Assembly: GCA_030704615.1 (NCBI GenBank)
Contig: CM060733.1
Span: forward strand, 13,144,001-13,208,000
Source of the DNA: Takakia lepidozioides
Taxonomy: Eukaryota; Plantae; Bryophyta
DNA length: 64,000 bases
Direction of reading: 5' to 3'
Shown: piece after piece, positions 26,001-37,694 of the stretch
Position numbering within the stretch: position 1 is the first letter of the stretch
How the letters are laid out: each line of letters starts with the position of its first letter
The notes under the pieces: model-generated
Told to the model about the DNA's origin: nothing
The model's input: the letters and a program-made list of their open reading frames with translations, nothing else
Databases searched by the model: none
Translations under genes and position numbers: made by a program

Positions 26001-26526
26001 CCCCGAACTCACTTTTGAATCCAGCCATTCCTCCCATCGCCCGCAATTTTGGAATGACACTACAAATCTCTTCTTCATCAGCTTCTGCAACCACAGTAGG
26101 AAGGACTGGTTTGGAATTTCACTTATGTCATCATCGGAAGAATCCGAAAGCTCAACGATTGGAGTTGAGGAAGTCTGTTCTTTTTCACACCACCTCCCTC
26201 TTGTCTTCAACGACCGAAGCAGCAGTCCCGGGCGTCACATATGACCCAAGGGACTTTTGCCGAGGCTCTCCAAGTACTCTGTATCGACCAGGACGCACTC
26301 TCCACTGGCTGATATGAGCCGTCTCATCACGGTTTTGGAAAGAATATTTCACCAACTTCCCTTTCAGATCGTAAACCTCTTTCTCCAAAAAGATGGAGCC
26401 ATTCTGCAGCTGAAAACGGGTAGCCAAGACATGTTCCAGAACAATTGCAAATCCATTGTCAAGGACTTCCTGGGAGAACGGCACTGGTTTGTCGTCTGAG
26501 AAGAACTCCGCTTCAGGAGAAGCCAT
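23023..26526 (-). pseudogene. Mutator-type DDE transposase with N-terminal GCM-like (WRKY-GCM1) domain and C-terminal SWIM finger; frameshifted
   Basis: GCM-like: DGHLWC...RRTVCNGHLRCDNLNC...CKFC...CGARMYYV...HFGFHNHP. Catalytic: MFDHVKRV (D1), GFMADSAQAN (D2), CLFHW (CxxH), CNLAETVH (E). SWIM: YDITVSNFPNCTCPDF...PCKHLYFIF. Intron at about 24409-24526 and several frameshifts. Confidence 0.88.
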
Positions 26527-27374
26527 CTTCCTTCCTCGAGTATGTTGTACCTTGCTATCGCAGATCTAGTGTAAATTCGGTTTACTGTTGTCTCCAGAAC
26601 ACAGTTGAAGAATGAGCAGAGAATATGGCGGAGGAAGCTCAGATAACGACTGTGCATATTCTGTTATTCATTCCAGATATGCAGCCGTCCATTTTAATTA
26701 CTTTTCTTGGGGCCCAGTGGTCAGAGTATCCCTAGGGGCAGTGTCGGCAACTGTTAAACCGTTAATCAGAACCTCATCAATAAACCCAATAACAAAGCGC
26801 GACTTCCTAGAAGCATGCCACAGGATCTGAGAATGGGATTGCAGATTAAGTAAATGTATCTATATACTACTACCAATGATCATGCGCACCTGGAAAGTTC
26901 CAAATGTGAAACGAATGTGGGTTTGGCTAACAAGGATGACCGTGTATGATATTCCAAAATTGTTCATCAAACTCTCGTTCATTTATATTTATTGTTTAGA
27001 CTGCGCATCAATTTTGGGATTCGTGTTTTTTTTAAATATTGAACCCGTTTAATAAAGAACACGCCGTTTTTTTTGGGCGGCACACGTCAGACATCCATAA
27101 CTGAATACGAACAGCTGTACACAATTGCTGGCAGTGCACAAATAAGGAAACGACATTTGTAACGGTCACGCGGGAGGGAGGAATCCGATGCTTCTAGAGA
27201 CACGCAAGAACGCAGGCAATCCCGCAAGAAATCGGGAGTCACTGCGTTTTTCTACTTTTCGCGCTTAGAGGGAGAGTGGTAGTCAAGCTGGAGAGGGTTC
27301 CTTCTAGAATACGAAAGAGAAGAAAGTCTCTTTATTTTACTTCCCTTAGAGAGAGACGCAGAGCAAGAGAGAAA

Positions 27375-30300
27375 ATGACGAGGCGTCGTTTGTTGGAGAA
27401 CACAGGGCCAAGGCAGCAGGTGAACGCGGAGACTGATTCACAAGAGCAGACGGAGACTGAGGCAGCGGCTGCGACACAGTCGGCGATAAGAGTGCGCCAG
27501 CCTGTGGAGGCAGAGATGATTCGCAGGGACACTGAAGAAGGTGGAAGCACGCGGAACGCCGAACCTGGAGAAGGTCAAGAAACCCTGCGCAGACAGAAAC
27601 TCCAGCAGATGTGAGAGGGAGAGGAGGAAAGCTGCAGAAGGGGATCAAGTTTCAAAACCTAAGAAGGTGCCAGTAAGTTTTATCATATAGTCTGTCTGAT
27701 TGCCTTTCAAGGAGTCCTTCCTCTTCCATTCTTTAGCAGGAACTACTGAATGCGCGAGCGTCGTTAACGCCATTCGATTCTCCTCATGAGATTTATGTAC
27801 CTATGTGTTTGAAGAGAGAGTCTGCACTTACTATTCTCCCTAAACTACACTGAATGTCGTTGCCGCCAATCAGTTGCACATGTATGTCATTACACAACAC
27901 CGATCCGGCAGGTCGTTATCTTTTGTGATTGTCGTTAACGCCGTTCGCTATCGCTCTCGCTTTTGTTTTGAATACGGCAGTCTCGGCTTTGCATGTGTAG
28001 ATTGTGCTGAATTCTTTCACACCATTCATGGTGAGTTTCCTTGATACAGAGTGATGGTCGTTACCGCCATTCACTATTTGCAAATCACTCAGTCAGAACT
28101 GAATGGCATCGTGCAGAAAACTGTGAGGTCGAAGCCTACAGGATCAGAGGGGAAAGGATCTGGAGATGGGGACGAGTCCGCAAAAAGCTCAGAGAATACA
28201 GATGAAGCAGATGAATCCGAAGTGCACTACCTTGACAAGGTGAAAGAACTCATGTCATTCCAGAAGGTAAACTCTCAGGAGGTTATAAGGGACATGCTCG
28301 TATCTGGAGGGCGTCTGGACATACCTCTGTGCCGGATGATATCAATGCCTGTTGTGCGTCCACCTCTTTCCCATGACATAACAAAATTGGAGAGTGATTT
28401 TGTGCATGGATATAGACTTGGTGCACAAGTTTTTTATGTGTCACTGACGGATATAAATGGGAAAAGCACATTAGTGTCTCCAGAGATCAGTGATAACTGG
28501 GATGAGTGCTGGAAAGATGCCAATGAGGAGTTCGAGCTGGGCCTCATGATGGGAAAGAACACCCAGCAATTTGCAACCACATGTTCTACGTCTGGGACGG
28601 CAACCACCGATTGCTGGCATGGATGGGATACATTCAGAAACACCATTCGAAAGACAAAGACAAGCATGTTGCTGTGGAGGCAATGGTTTTGGATCCAGGA
28701 AACGACATCGCTAGGCTTCTTACAGCTATGCACGACGTGAACAAGTAAGTCATCCAGGAGATTTCATTCCCTCTGTAGTGTCTTGTTAATCCTCAAAAAA
28801 CAGTGTTAAGGAATGCAATGTTTCCAATGTTTTTGCAGATCGACAGAGAAATCGCATGTGACAACAAGCTTGGTTCACACACTATTCCGAATTCAGAGGA
28901 TTGGTCTGATGAAGCTGGATGATTTTCGGACAGTACTACCACCCAATATCATCAAGAAGTGCGAAACAGGAAGAGCTGCAGGCACTTGGTATTCTTTGAC
29001 ACGAGAGGCGTTTCTGGAGTACATGTATGCGGTAAGCCCGAGTCTGTAATCTGTTTACTTTTCGAATACATGTTTGTAGTCCCTTCGGAGCTAATCACTA
29101 CTTGAATGAATGCAGCAAGAACTGGCAGAGGCAGCTGAGAAGGGAAAATCCGAATATTACCGCACTACACCAGAAGGAACTAAGGACATCAAAGGGTGTG
29201 GAAGCTGCAATAAAGAAGGAGTTTGAAATGCGAAGAACCAAATTGATGTCAGCCTTCGGAAAGCAGCTTAGAATAGTAGATCCTGGACTTGGTCCTGAGT
29301 TCCTTCAGCAGATCAAAACACACTATGACAAGCATGTGCATCCGGAGATGCAGCAGGAGAAATTGCACCGGCTGGCCATATCGATGGTCGACCCACAAAC
29401 AAAAATAAGGTGGCTGGAGATATGGAACTCAGATCAAACAGTAAAGGACTTGAATCAGTTCCCAAAGAGCACCATACAGCCTGGCACAAAGGTGGAAGGA
29501 ATCAGTGATTTGGTGTTTGATAACTGGCTCCACAAGGCTACATTTTGGAGTCAGGTGTGTATTCGAACATGCTGTTTCTTCTCTTCAAGTATGTGATGTG
29601 TATCTTTTTTGCAATTCTGACAAATATACTATTTGCAGCTCGAAAAGCGCGCCGTCATTGTGCTGGATCAGACTTTGAAGGACCTGAACATTGCGATTGT
29701 TTCCCCTCCCCAAATGTCATTGGAGGCATACATAAGGAAGTGGAGAGGTCTCACTGGAGATACTGTTTTTTCCGGGAGTTCTCCAAAGATGGTAACATTT
29801 TACGGTCCAACGACTTTGACAGTCAGGTTGGAGGAGAGTGGGCCATGATGCGAGTTGTGTACAGGTGCAATGTCATACTTGAAACTCTACTGTTTTTTGG
29901 GAAAAAATGTGGCTTCATATGGATTGCAATCTTAGATCCAGATTGAATGTCGTTGACGACATTCACTTCTTTGTCTGAGTCATTCTTAAGCGAGTATATG
30001 AATTCACCTGGTTAGGATCTAAGGGTGCAATTATATTGTCCCTGATTAGAATTGATAATGTCCTTGAATGGCGTTGACGACATTCACATACGGAGTTGTT
30101 GAGAGGTCCTCAGAGTTATTTAATTTTTGTAATGTCCATAGAGGTTACAGTGAGGGTTCCTCACTTCATTTTGCTGAATGTCAATGCAGACATTCAGTTG
30201 TTCTGCATTGTTTTTGCCTCTTGCGATGAATGGGAGGCTTGATAAGCTCTGTTTTAAGAAATCCAAAGTGAATGTCGTTGACGACATTCACAGCTGTGTC

Positions 30301-32655
30301 TGTATTATTCAACAGCGACAAATTCAATTACATGGATTGGGGAGCTAAGTAATTGGTTTCTTTTTTGTATTTTTGTGAATGGCGTTGACGCCATTCACAT
30401 ACAGTGATGTTGTGAGGTCCTCAGTGATAGGTTCGTTATGAATGTGCATTGAGTTTGCCTGGAGGGTTCCTTACTCAATTTTTTGATTTCCATCCTGTGA
30501 TTTTGCTTCATTTAAGTAATAATTTGGCTTCATTCTTGAATGTCGTTGACGACATTCACTTCTATGTCTGTGTCATTTCTAACGATTATTTGCATTCACC
30601 TGGATTAGGATGTATTTACAGTGTCATTGAATGGAATGTTCTGAATGGCGTTGACGACATTCATATCTGGGCAGCAGTAGTGTGGTCCTGAAAGGTCCTT
30701 GGAGCAGTTGTCAGAGCCATTTCAATCTATGTTTTATTCTTTCTGTTCTACTTGCATCTTACTCACTGAGCGCTTTTGTGGGTTGGGATTTATCTCCTTT
30801 TTTCAGGTACACGAAATATGTGCTTATGGAAGGAAATCACCTGAGCGGAATTCCCGACTATCTTGACATGTGGTCGGACCCTGCAAACGATCCAACCATG
30901 TATACTGCAGGGATATTGAAGGACTGGAGTCCTTCTCACTTCAGAGACTGTGGGTGGTACCTTGACTGCCCACCTGAGCACACGACCTTTCAAGAACAGC
31001 ATATGAAATACTTGAACAATAACGCTGAGATGCTGGCGCCTTTGACTGACGAAGAGTATCAACGAAACATAGCAACCTTGGCTGCCAAGGAGCCTGATGC
31101 TCAGGGAACGCCGCAGAAGGGAAAGAAGGCGGGCCGCAAACCAAAAGACAAGGCTGTTGATGTCATAGCCATCTCACCAGCAAAGCCAAAGGACAAAGAC
31201 AAGTCCAAAGAGAAGGAAAAAAAGGACAAGGGAAGGAGAATGAAAAGGAGATGGAGAGTGGGCAGGACTTTACTGCTGGAAGATATACCCGCACTCTTCA
31301 GTGCGTGTTCGATGCCAAGCCACACCCTTCCCGTTCTGATTCAGCAGGAGAGATGAAAATTGTTAATGAGGGTTGGCTTTCGATGATGCAGAGTCGAAAG
31401 AGAGGATACACTGGGGTGCCATCCCCTACCTGGGACAATATAATCTCATTCCTCAATCTGGTGAGAATTCCAGTTTCTTTCCTTTTTCTCTGAAAGTTTC
31501 GTTGGCAGTATTTCAGTCTCGTTCTTTGAAAACATTCTTGCCATCGTTCTTATAAAAAACATGTCTGTTGCAGGTGAGCACAGGTCCCACCTTCGTGTGC
31601 GGTGTGCAGAAAACTTATGCGGCCGACATTGTCATTCTCGACATCCCGGATGGCCAGGCTGTGCCAGAAGTTCTTCCAAAGGGCAAGACGCCAGGCTGGA
31701 ACAAATTCGAGGACAACTACTGGAGTTGGGTGTTCGGGTTCTGTAACAATTTCCTCTCTGATGCAGGGACACTTCTGCTTTTTCAGTCATGTGACAATGA
31801 TAGTCGTCGGGCATTGGCATCATACCTCAAGTCTTCAGGGTTTGAAGTTTTGCGCACATGGAATTGTGTGAACAGCCTCTACCTTGTGAAAGGGGGTTTC
31901 CCTGGTCAGCTGGTATGCCGTCTCCCTTCTGCTTGTGCTTTGATCATGAGTTTCAATTTTCTCTGCAGCTCCACTCTAGTAGAATGTTTTATGATCGACA
32001 CGATCATCATCGATCACGATTCATGATTTTTTGGTGTCAGAGTTCTGAATAGCCGATGTACACACTTCCACTATAGATTGTGTTTACCACACTAACCTGC
32101 TATCTTTGCAGACGAGGATGTTCGAGGCGATCTGCCTGCGGAGGATTCGCACATCAAAGACACCATCCTCCATCCGCAGCTTTGAGATTTCTGACCAGGG
32201 TTGTTTCGTCAACCCCCCCTATGAGCCCCATGTCGATGACATTTTGTACAACTTCATGCAGTCCAGTCAGACTCTGAAGAGACCAGATGGCACTCCCTGG
32301 AGAGGTGCAAAGGAAAAGTCACCAGCATTCATGCAAATACTGCTGGAGTCATGCAGCCACCGCTCTGCACGGGTGGTCGATCTTTCTGTGTCCACAGGTT
32401 CGTTTTTTCCCTTCCGAATTGGTTTCCTTTCAACAGTTTCATCTGCTTAAATCCCCCCTCCAAACTGTTCATGTTCTCCTGTCTGGTGCAGGAGCAACTT
32501 ACCACGCATGCAAGGCAGGCGGAAGAAGCCTTTTTGGCATGGAGGGTGATTCTGACCTCTACAACACCGTGCTCCTCCCCCTTTTGTCTGGCTCCACTTC
32601 AGGCACACAGACTGATCGGATTCAAATTCGAAATGATGACGATCCCCGAAGATAA
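27375..32655 (+). pseudogene. Multi-exon gene: ParB/Srx-like N-terminal domain plus C-terminal beta-class N6-adenine/N4-cytosine DNA methyltransferase fold; frameshifted copy
   Basis: ParB-like: LDIPLCRMISMPVVRP..DITKLESDFVHGY...MFYVWDGNHRLLAW (DGNHR at 28596-28610). MTase: ADIVILDIPDG (motif IV position)...FCNNFLSDAGTLLLF...GFEVLRTW...RGAKEKSPAFMQILLESCSHRSARVVDLSVSTG|ATYHACKAGGRSLFGMEGDSDLY (motifs X, I, II in beta order). GT-AG introns link the ORF-track pieces. Confidence 0.78.
29944..30663. repeat. Intronic array of seven 22-bp palindromes TGAATG(T/G)CGTTGACG(A/C)CATTCA
   Basis: Copies start at 29944, 30065, 30175 (degenerate), 30269, 30376, 30537 and 30642, 94-161 bp apart, inside the ~29865-30807 intron. 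Four weaker copies lie in intron 1 (about 27755, 27851, 27926, 28052). Confidence 0.92.
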
Positions 32656-33748
32656 GCAGGTCGACAACGACTTTTCATGTGAGTAAGTGCTAAACCCTCT
32701 TTGGGAGTCATACTCAATTTCTCGATAACATCAAAGTTACAGTAATAACTTTTTCAGGCTGTCTTTCAGGAAAGGCAGCGGTGGATCTTCAGGAGATACA
32801 GTCATTTCTGGCGAGTCTGTTTTCGACAGCCCCCTTTCCAATTTTCTGCTTCCTGTTTATGCCGAAGAAGCAATGGCACTTCACGCGGCCGAGTCCCTAT
32901 CCCCTGACTTTTTAGTGGCCAGCCGTAGGTGTATCGTAGCAGCGTGGATCGGGTGTTCTAAAATACTTAGACTTAGATGCAGAGGAAGAGGGGATACATT
33001 GTACTGACTCTGAGTCAGACTGAACTGTATTCTTTTAATATTCATTTTCATATTATCTGGAAAACGTTGAATCCCCTTCCTCCACCGTAGTTGTTCCTTT
33101 AGAACAAATAATAATCACAGAATCAACTTTCGTTTAAATTGCTATATGTATGAATCCATCTCACAAACCTTCCTGACTCTTCTCATATCCATTGTGCATT
33201 CATCTACACTGTATTCATGCGTGCTCCATTCATGAAAGCTTCCTTTGTACAACATCCATTGTACATTCATCCTCTGTACTCTTTAATCCACCCCACAAAC
33301 CTTCCACACTCATTTCATATACTTTGTGCATTCGTCAAAAGATTTGGTCATGCATCTTCCTGTCATGAATTTTTGTCATTGCTCAACATCCATTATACAT
33401 TCATCCATTTTACTCTTATCCATCCGTCATTCATCCATCTACATACATTTTTCACACTCATCCATCTGTTTATCATCCAACTGTACATTCATCCATCCTT
33501 TATTCAATGCCTTTTATTATGTCGTCCAGCTTGTTTCCGCGGTAAAGGGTGCCAATCCGCGGGAATACACTCCACTTCTTTCTGGGCGCGTGGTGACTCG
33601 GCCTTCACGTGTGATGACGTGGACTGAGCCCCGTGACGTGGCATTTGCGCAAGGTGACGTGGCGTGAGCGCAGTTGCGCTCACGCGCTCACGTGACCAGG
33701 CTCACGCTCACGCGCTCACGTGACCAGGGCTCACGCCAAGGGCATCCC

Positions 33749-35104
33749 TGTTGCGTCAACAAACTTCTGCTCCGAGCCTCAACTCATGACTGGGGCTACA
33801 ATTCTTTTCATTTCGAAATCCAGCAATGCCCATGCATTACTTGTGATGTGCCATACAGTTGGCAGTTCCGCCAATTGGAGCGGGATGGTCACGAGTTACT
33901 CTTAGGACATATGGGCAAATCGCTCCAACCACATTTTCCCACAGTTGTCTTCTCCTCTAGAGGTGCATCAAACTGCTCCCCCGCCATTGCAGGAGTCATA
34001 GGCTGGTCAGTAATAGAGGAAGAGTAAACAAAAACCTAAACTTGAAAGGCAACTTCAAACAAAAAATGCAAAGACACGCATCATCAAAGAAGGAGTTGTG
34101 ACCATGAAGGTGCAGGCCAAGAAGAAGATGTGTTACCCGTCGTTTAAGCCACCATTGACCAAATGCGTTGCCCATCATTTGGTCCCCGAACTCAAATTTC
34201 CCAATAAGAGCCACAAGACGATTGAGAAAAAGAAGCTCGTCCACAGATGGAAATCGTCGGGCAACAAAGTTGAACTTCATCAGATAGGTCAGTCCTGGGC
34301 AGAAACAGGTGCGGGGGTATGGGAGGCACACAATATCCGAGGTTAGTAGCAACGACGCCTTGACAAAGCCTTCCCTTGCCTCTCTCTACTTAGCGGTGCA
34401 AGGGTTGTGGACTTCAGAATGTGCACTGGAGGTCTGCCATCTTGTCTACCTAAAGATGCAAATCCAACGTGCACTTCGGGTCGAAGACTTTGCTGCGGCA
34501 CGGCAGGAGGTCGTACAAACATAGAGTTTACAATGCGCTCAGATGGAAGACTTTCGTGTGATGGCAGAGGTGCGTCCAATGAGTCCTTTCGAATGCGCTG
34601 AGGTCTAACAGTCTTCTGTGGCAGCGCAGGTGGTGCGTCCAACAACTGGAAATCGTCATTGTCATCATCATCGTCAAGGTCCACTCCCGGCTCCTTCCAA
34701 GACTCATGTGCTTCCTGCGCTTAGGTTATCGTGTAGTCTCTTCTGCCGTCGTCTCCTCGCGTTCTACCCTCGTCTTCATCAACTTGCAGGAAGGAGGCTT
34801 CATCCCGTGCTTCCTAAGAACAACCTCCATGATAAGCCTCTGCCCCTTTTAAAAAACAGGGTACATTTTCAGTTTAGGCTCACCATTTCCCACAGCAGCA
34901 TCACAACCATTTATCCTGTGAATGTTAAAGTTTCTTTATCTTTATATTGCTTAAGATAGTGGAACTTGAATGATTCTATTATCATCACCGGGCTGCTCAA
35001 CCCTTGCCTTTGAGTGGCCTCGCATATGAGATTTTCCAATCATCAGAGTCGTACGTTTCATTGTATGTCCGACGCGCTTCGCACATGGAGGATTGTTTCA
35101 CCAT
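33749..35104 (-). pseudogene. 5' part of the same Ulp1-domain gene, separated by the nested insertion
   Basis: The frame ...WALLDFEMKRIVAPVMS*GSEQKFVD (33900-33755) continues as VDDNMAKWDREQY at about 22430. Upstream acidic, Pro-rich exon remnants (ORF 34343-34684) begin near the right TIR. Confidence 0.6.
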
Positions 35105-35694
35105 ATCGGCGCCCACTCCAAATCCACTACCCTCCTCATGAAGAATCCTCCAGCCGAGCAAAGGTTGCTGGAATGTGAAAGCAAGAACTAAAACTAAAAC
35201 ATGAAGCCCACAAATGGACTGCAACAGACAGAAATGGCAAGCAAGAGGAAGAAAATAGCTGCAAATCACACGAATGACTTCCAAATTCTCCAAAAAGAAA
35301 CCCTATACTCAAGTCGAATGAGTAATCGCTTCACCGCCACAACTCAGTCAACAGTTTATAACAGCCTGATGCATACTCCTCAAGGAAGTGCTTGTAAACA
35401 CCGCTTCCGCCGGGATCATACATTTCGGGCCATGCAAACGCCAGGAAGCTTGGAAAAACCTGTCCTGTGGTGCCATGAATTAAATCAATCAAGCATCGAC
35501 GTGGGGAGTGACAGCTGAAGGGCCGCATTCGAATTGACAGGTCCACCATGTGCGTGCGAACTGGACGCGAAAAGCACGAAAGCATGATCATCGCGATCTC
35601 CCTACGGCCATATATGAATATGTGTCACATCCTGTCATGTCAAGCCGTCCATCATCATGGGTGATTGCAGCACATGGATCATGCTGCATCCCAT

Positions 35695-35994
35695 CCATCT
35701 TTCGTCATGCGATGTGTCCAGCGCGCGATGTGGGGTTGTGGTGACAGGTGTCATATGCCACAGAGTTCAGGGTTGTGGTGGTGAGGGGCGGTGCGGGGGC
35801 GGGGCGGGGGGCGGGGAGGGAGGGGGATGGGGGTGGGGGGGGGGTGGGTGAGGGGTGGGCTGGCGCCGGGGCGCCGGGGCGCAGCGACCGCGAAACGCGC
35901 AGGAGGCCGGGGATGCGGCTGGGGTGGCGGGGGGTGCACGCAGGCAGGACCGAAGGGGTCGCATTGAACTCCCGGGCCTTTTCTAATGTGCGCC
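35695..35994 (-). repeat. Right terminal inverted repeat of the giant MULE
   Basis: Counterpart of 6131-6385, with an expanded G-run segment at about 35780-35860. Confidence 0.93.
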
Positions 35995-37694
35995 AATAAA
36001 GAGTGTAGTGGATCTGGGCCATGTGCTCCGAGACAGTGACGTATTATAACTTCCAAGTATGACAAAGGATACGGTTTAACTCGCGCAAACTGCAATATCC
36101 GTGATACCCGCCAATACCCTGCACTACCGGACACGATCCAATGATATCCGTTAACGAAAAAAGAGTCTATAAAAGCAACAAAAAGCGGAAAAGCAACGAA
36201 CGAAACTGAGTAGAACGAAAAACGTTGGACGAACCAACGGATGGATGAGCGAAACGATCAGATGACCGTTGACGAACAGTAAGGAATGAAACCAGGATGA
36301 ATACCCATGAGGATGGATGAGTTTATGTCGCAAGGGTTTCATCTGATGAATTCCTGCCGTCCGATCTCTGCTTTTCCCGATAGAAGAAGCCCGAAAAATC
36401 CTGTTTCGGGACTTCGGTTTTGCGGGGGTGTGACTACGCCTGGAGCTCTCTCTCACGTTCATTTTGCATTTCAGGTTTGCTCTTCTTTCATTTGAGGTTG
36501 GACTAGGCCTGCTGAAGGTTTCGAGGTTGGACTGGGCTTGCTGACGGTTTTGAGGTTGGACTAGGGTTGCTCTTCTTCATTTGAGGTTGGACGTTGCCTA
36601 ACTTAAGCAGTCTGTCTGGCAGGTTGATGTGCTAGTTTGGCATCTTCTTTTAGCAGTATGAGCACTGCCATGGCTATTAAAAGTATTCTTTGTTGGTTGC
36701 CGTCACACTCTTTTTGGAGTAAGGGTTCTCAAAAGGATTACACTTTGTTGCAGAGTGGTTTACTTACTAAGCAACAGTGGTTTCAACAAACGCTGAAAGT
36801 TAGCTTTTCTCCCTTTGGTACTCAGCACGGGCCCAGAGGAGTTAGTTATCCAAGTATATCCCTAGTGGACCGTTGGGATATCTTCCAAGAAATAGATTCT
36901 TATGTTTTACAGGCAGACAGTGTTGCCCAAATATGTCGCTGGAAGTGAAACTTTCTCTTGCTGGAAGTGAAGGGTCTTTAACTGCAAATGAGGCATTGGT
37001 GTCGCATCAGTTTTGGAATGTCCTAGATCAAGTGGGTGCTCTCGTTCTTGGCGACAAGTTCGTGATCCAACCCAAGGATTGGAATGAATTCAAGCGAACG
37101 AGCTCAATCATTGGCATCTGAGAGACTTGTCCGTTCTGACTTGGTGCTGTGGCTTGCATCCACAGCTGTCCTAAATACAGATGGTCGCTTCATCTCGACG
37201 CTTCTTAGTTGTCGAGATGAAGTGACCATCTGTATTTGTGGATGCGGCATGTCCAAGCTTGTGTGCAGAAGTTCAGATCCTTTTCTACGTCTCGTATTTC
37301 GGGCTTTGGTCGAGCCTGTGAACTAGATCTCCCAATACTTGGGTTTGGACTATGGAATTATATCATCACTTGAATTGTCTTATTTTCTACGTCTCAACAA
37401 GGGTGTCTTACAGATATCTGATGCCATAACCGTGGTAGTACTAAATTCTCGGCGCACTTGCCTACGTCTTGGTACAGCAGCCAAAGACCTGCAAGTGTTT
37501 GAAGTGCCAGATCAAGGTCATGGCCTGTTCTGAAGTATTGTGCAATGTCGAGTGAATGAAAGCATTATTTACTAATAATGTTGCAGGTGGCCACGTGCTA
37601 ATGATTTTGTGTTTTTGTAGGGGAAGAATCTCCTGAAGAGAGTTCACAACACCCTGATCAAGACAGTTCACATATCCAGGATACTCATGATGAT

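Larger units (their letters stand above)
22434..33748. mobile_element. Nested ~11.3 kb Mutator-type DNA transposon carrying a transposase and a ParB-methyltransferase gene
   Basis: Inverted subterminal arrays TGGCGTGAGCG..CACGTGAGCGCG (22442-22505) and CGCGCTCACGTG..GCTCACGCCA (33675-33738); right end ...GGCATCCC. Imperfect target duplication TGTTGTCGTCAACAA (22419-22433) / TGTTGCGTCAACAA (33749-33762). It interrupts the host Ulp1-gene frame. The left tip lacks the terminal GGG. Confidence 0.8.
6131..35994. mobile_element. Giant (~29.9 kb) Mutator-like element (MULE), including a nested 11.3 kb element
   Basis: Begins GGCGCACATTAGAAAAGGCCCGGGAGTT at 6131 and ends AACTCCCGGGCCTTTTCTAATGTGCGCC at 35994. 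Identical 9-bp TSD AATAAAGAG at 6122-6130 and 35995-36003. Encodes a MULE-domain transposase. Confidence 0.95.

Noticed and set aside
29944-30663. CRISPR array
   Set aside because: Spacers are about 70-140 bp, variable in length and related to each other in an A/B higher-order pattern. There are no cas genes, and the array lies in a eukaryotic intron.
32211-32222. NPPY as the methyltransferase catalytic motif
   Set aside because: It lies in the variable region between motifs VIII and X. The DIVILDIPD strand fits the motif IV position better, so NPPY may be coincidental pending a structure model.
5634-36130. Possible small TIR element hosting the giant MULE (GGTACTGCAGGG ... CCCTGCACTACC)
   Set aside because: Only about 12 bp of imperfect inverted match and no TSD found.
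36630-37530. Chain of short plus-strand ORFs, possibly a decayed gene
   Set aside because: No recognisable motif or consistent frame, so no call can be supported.
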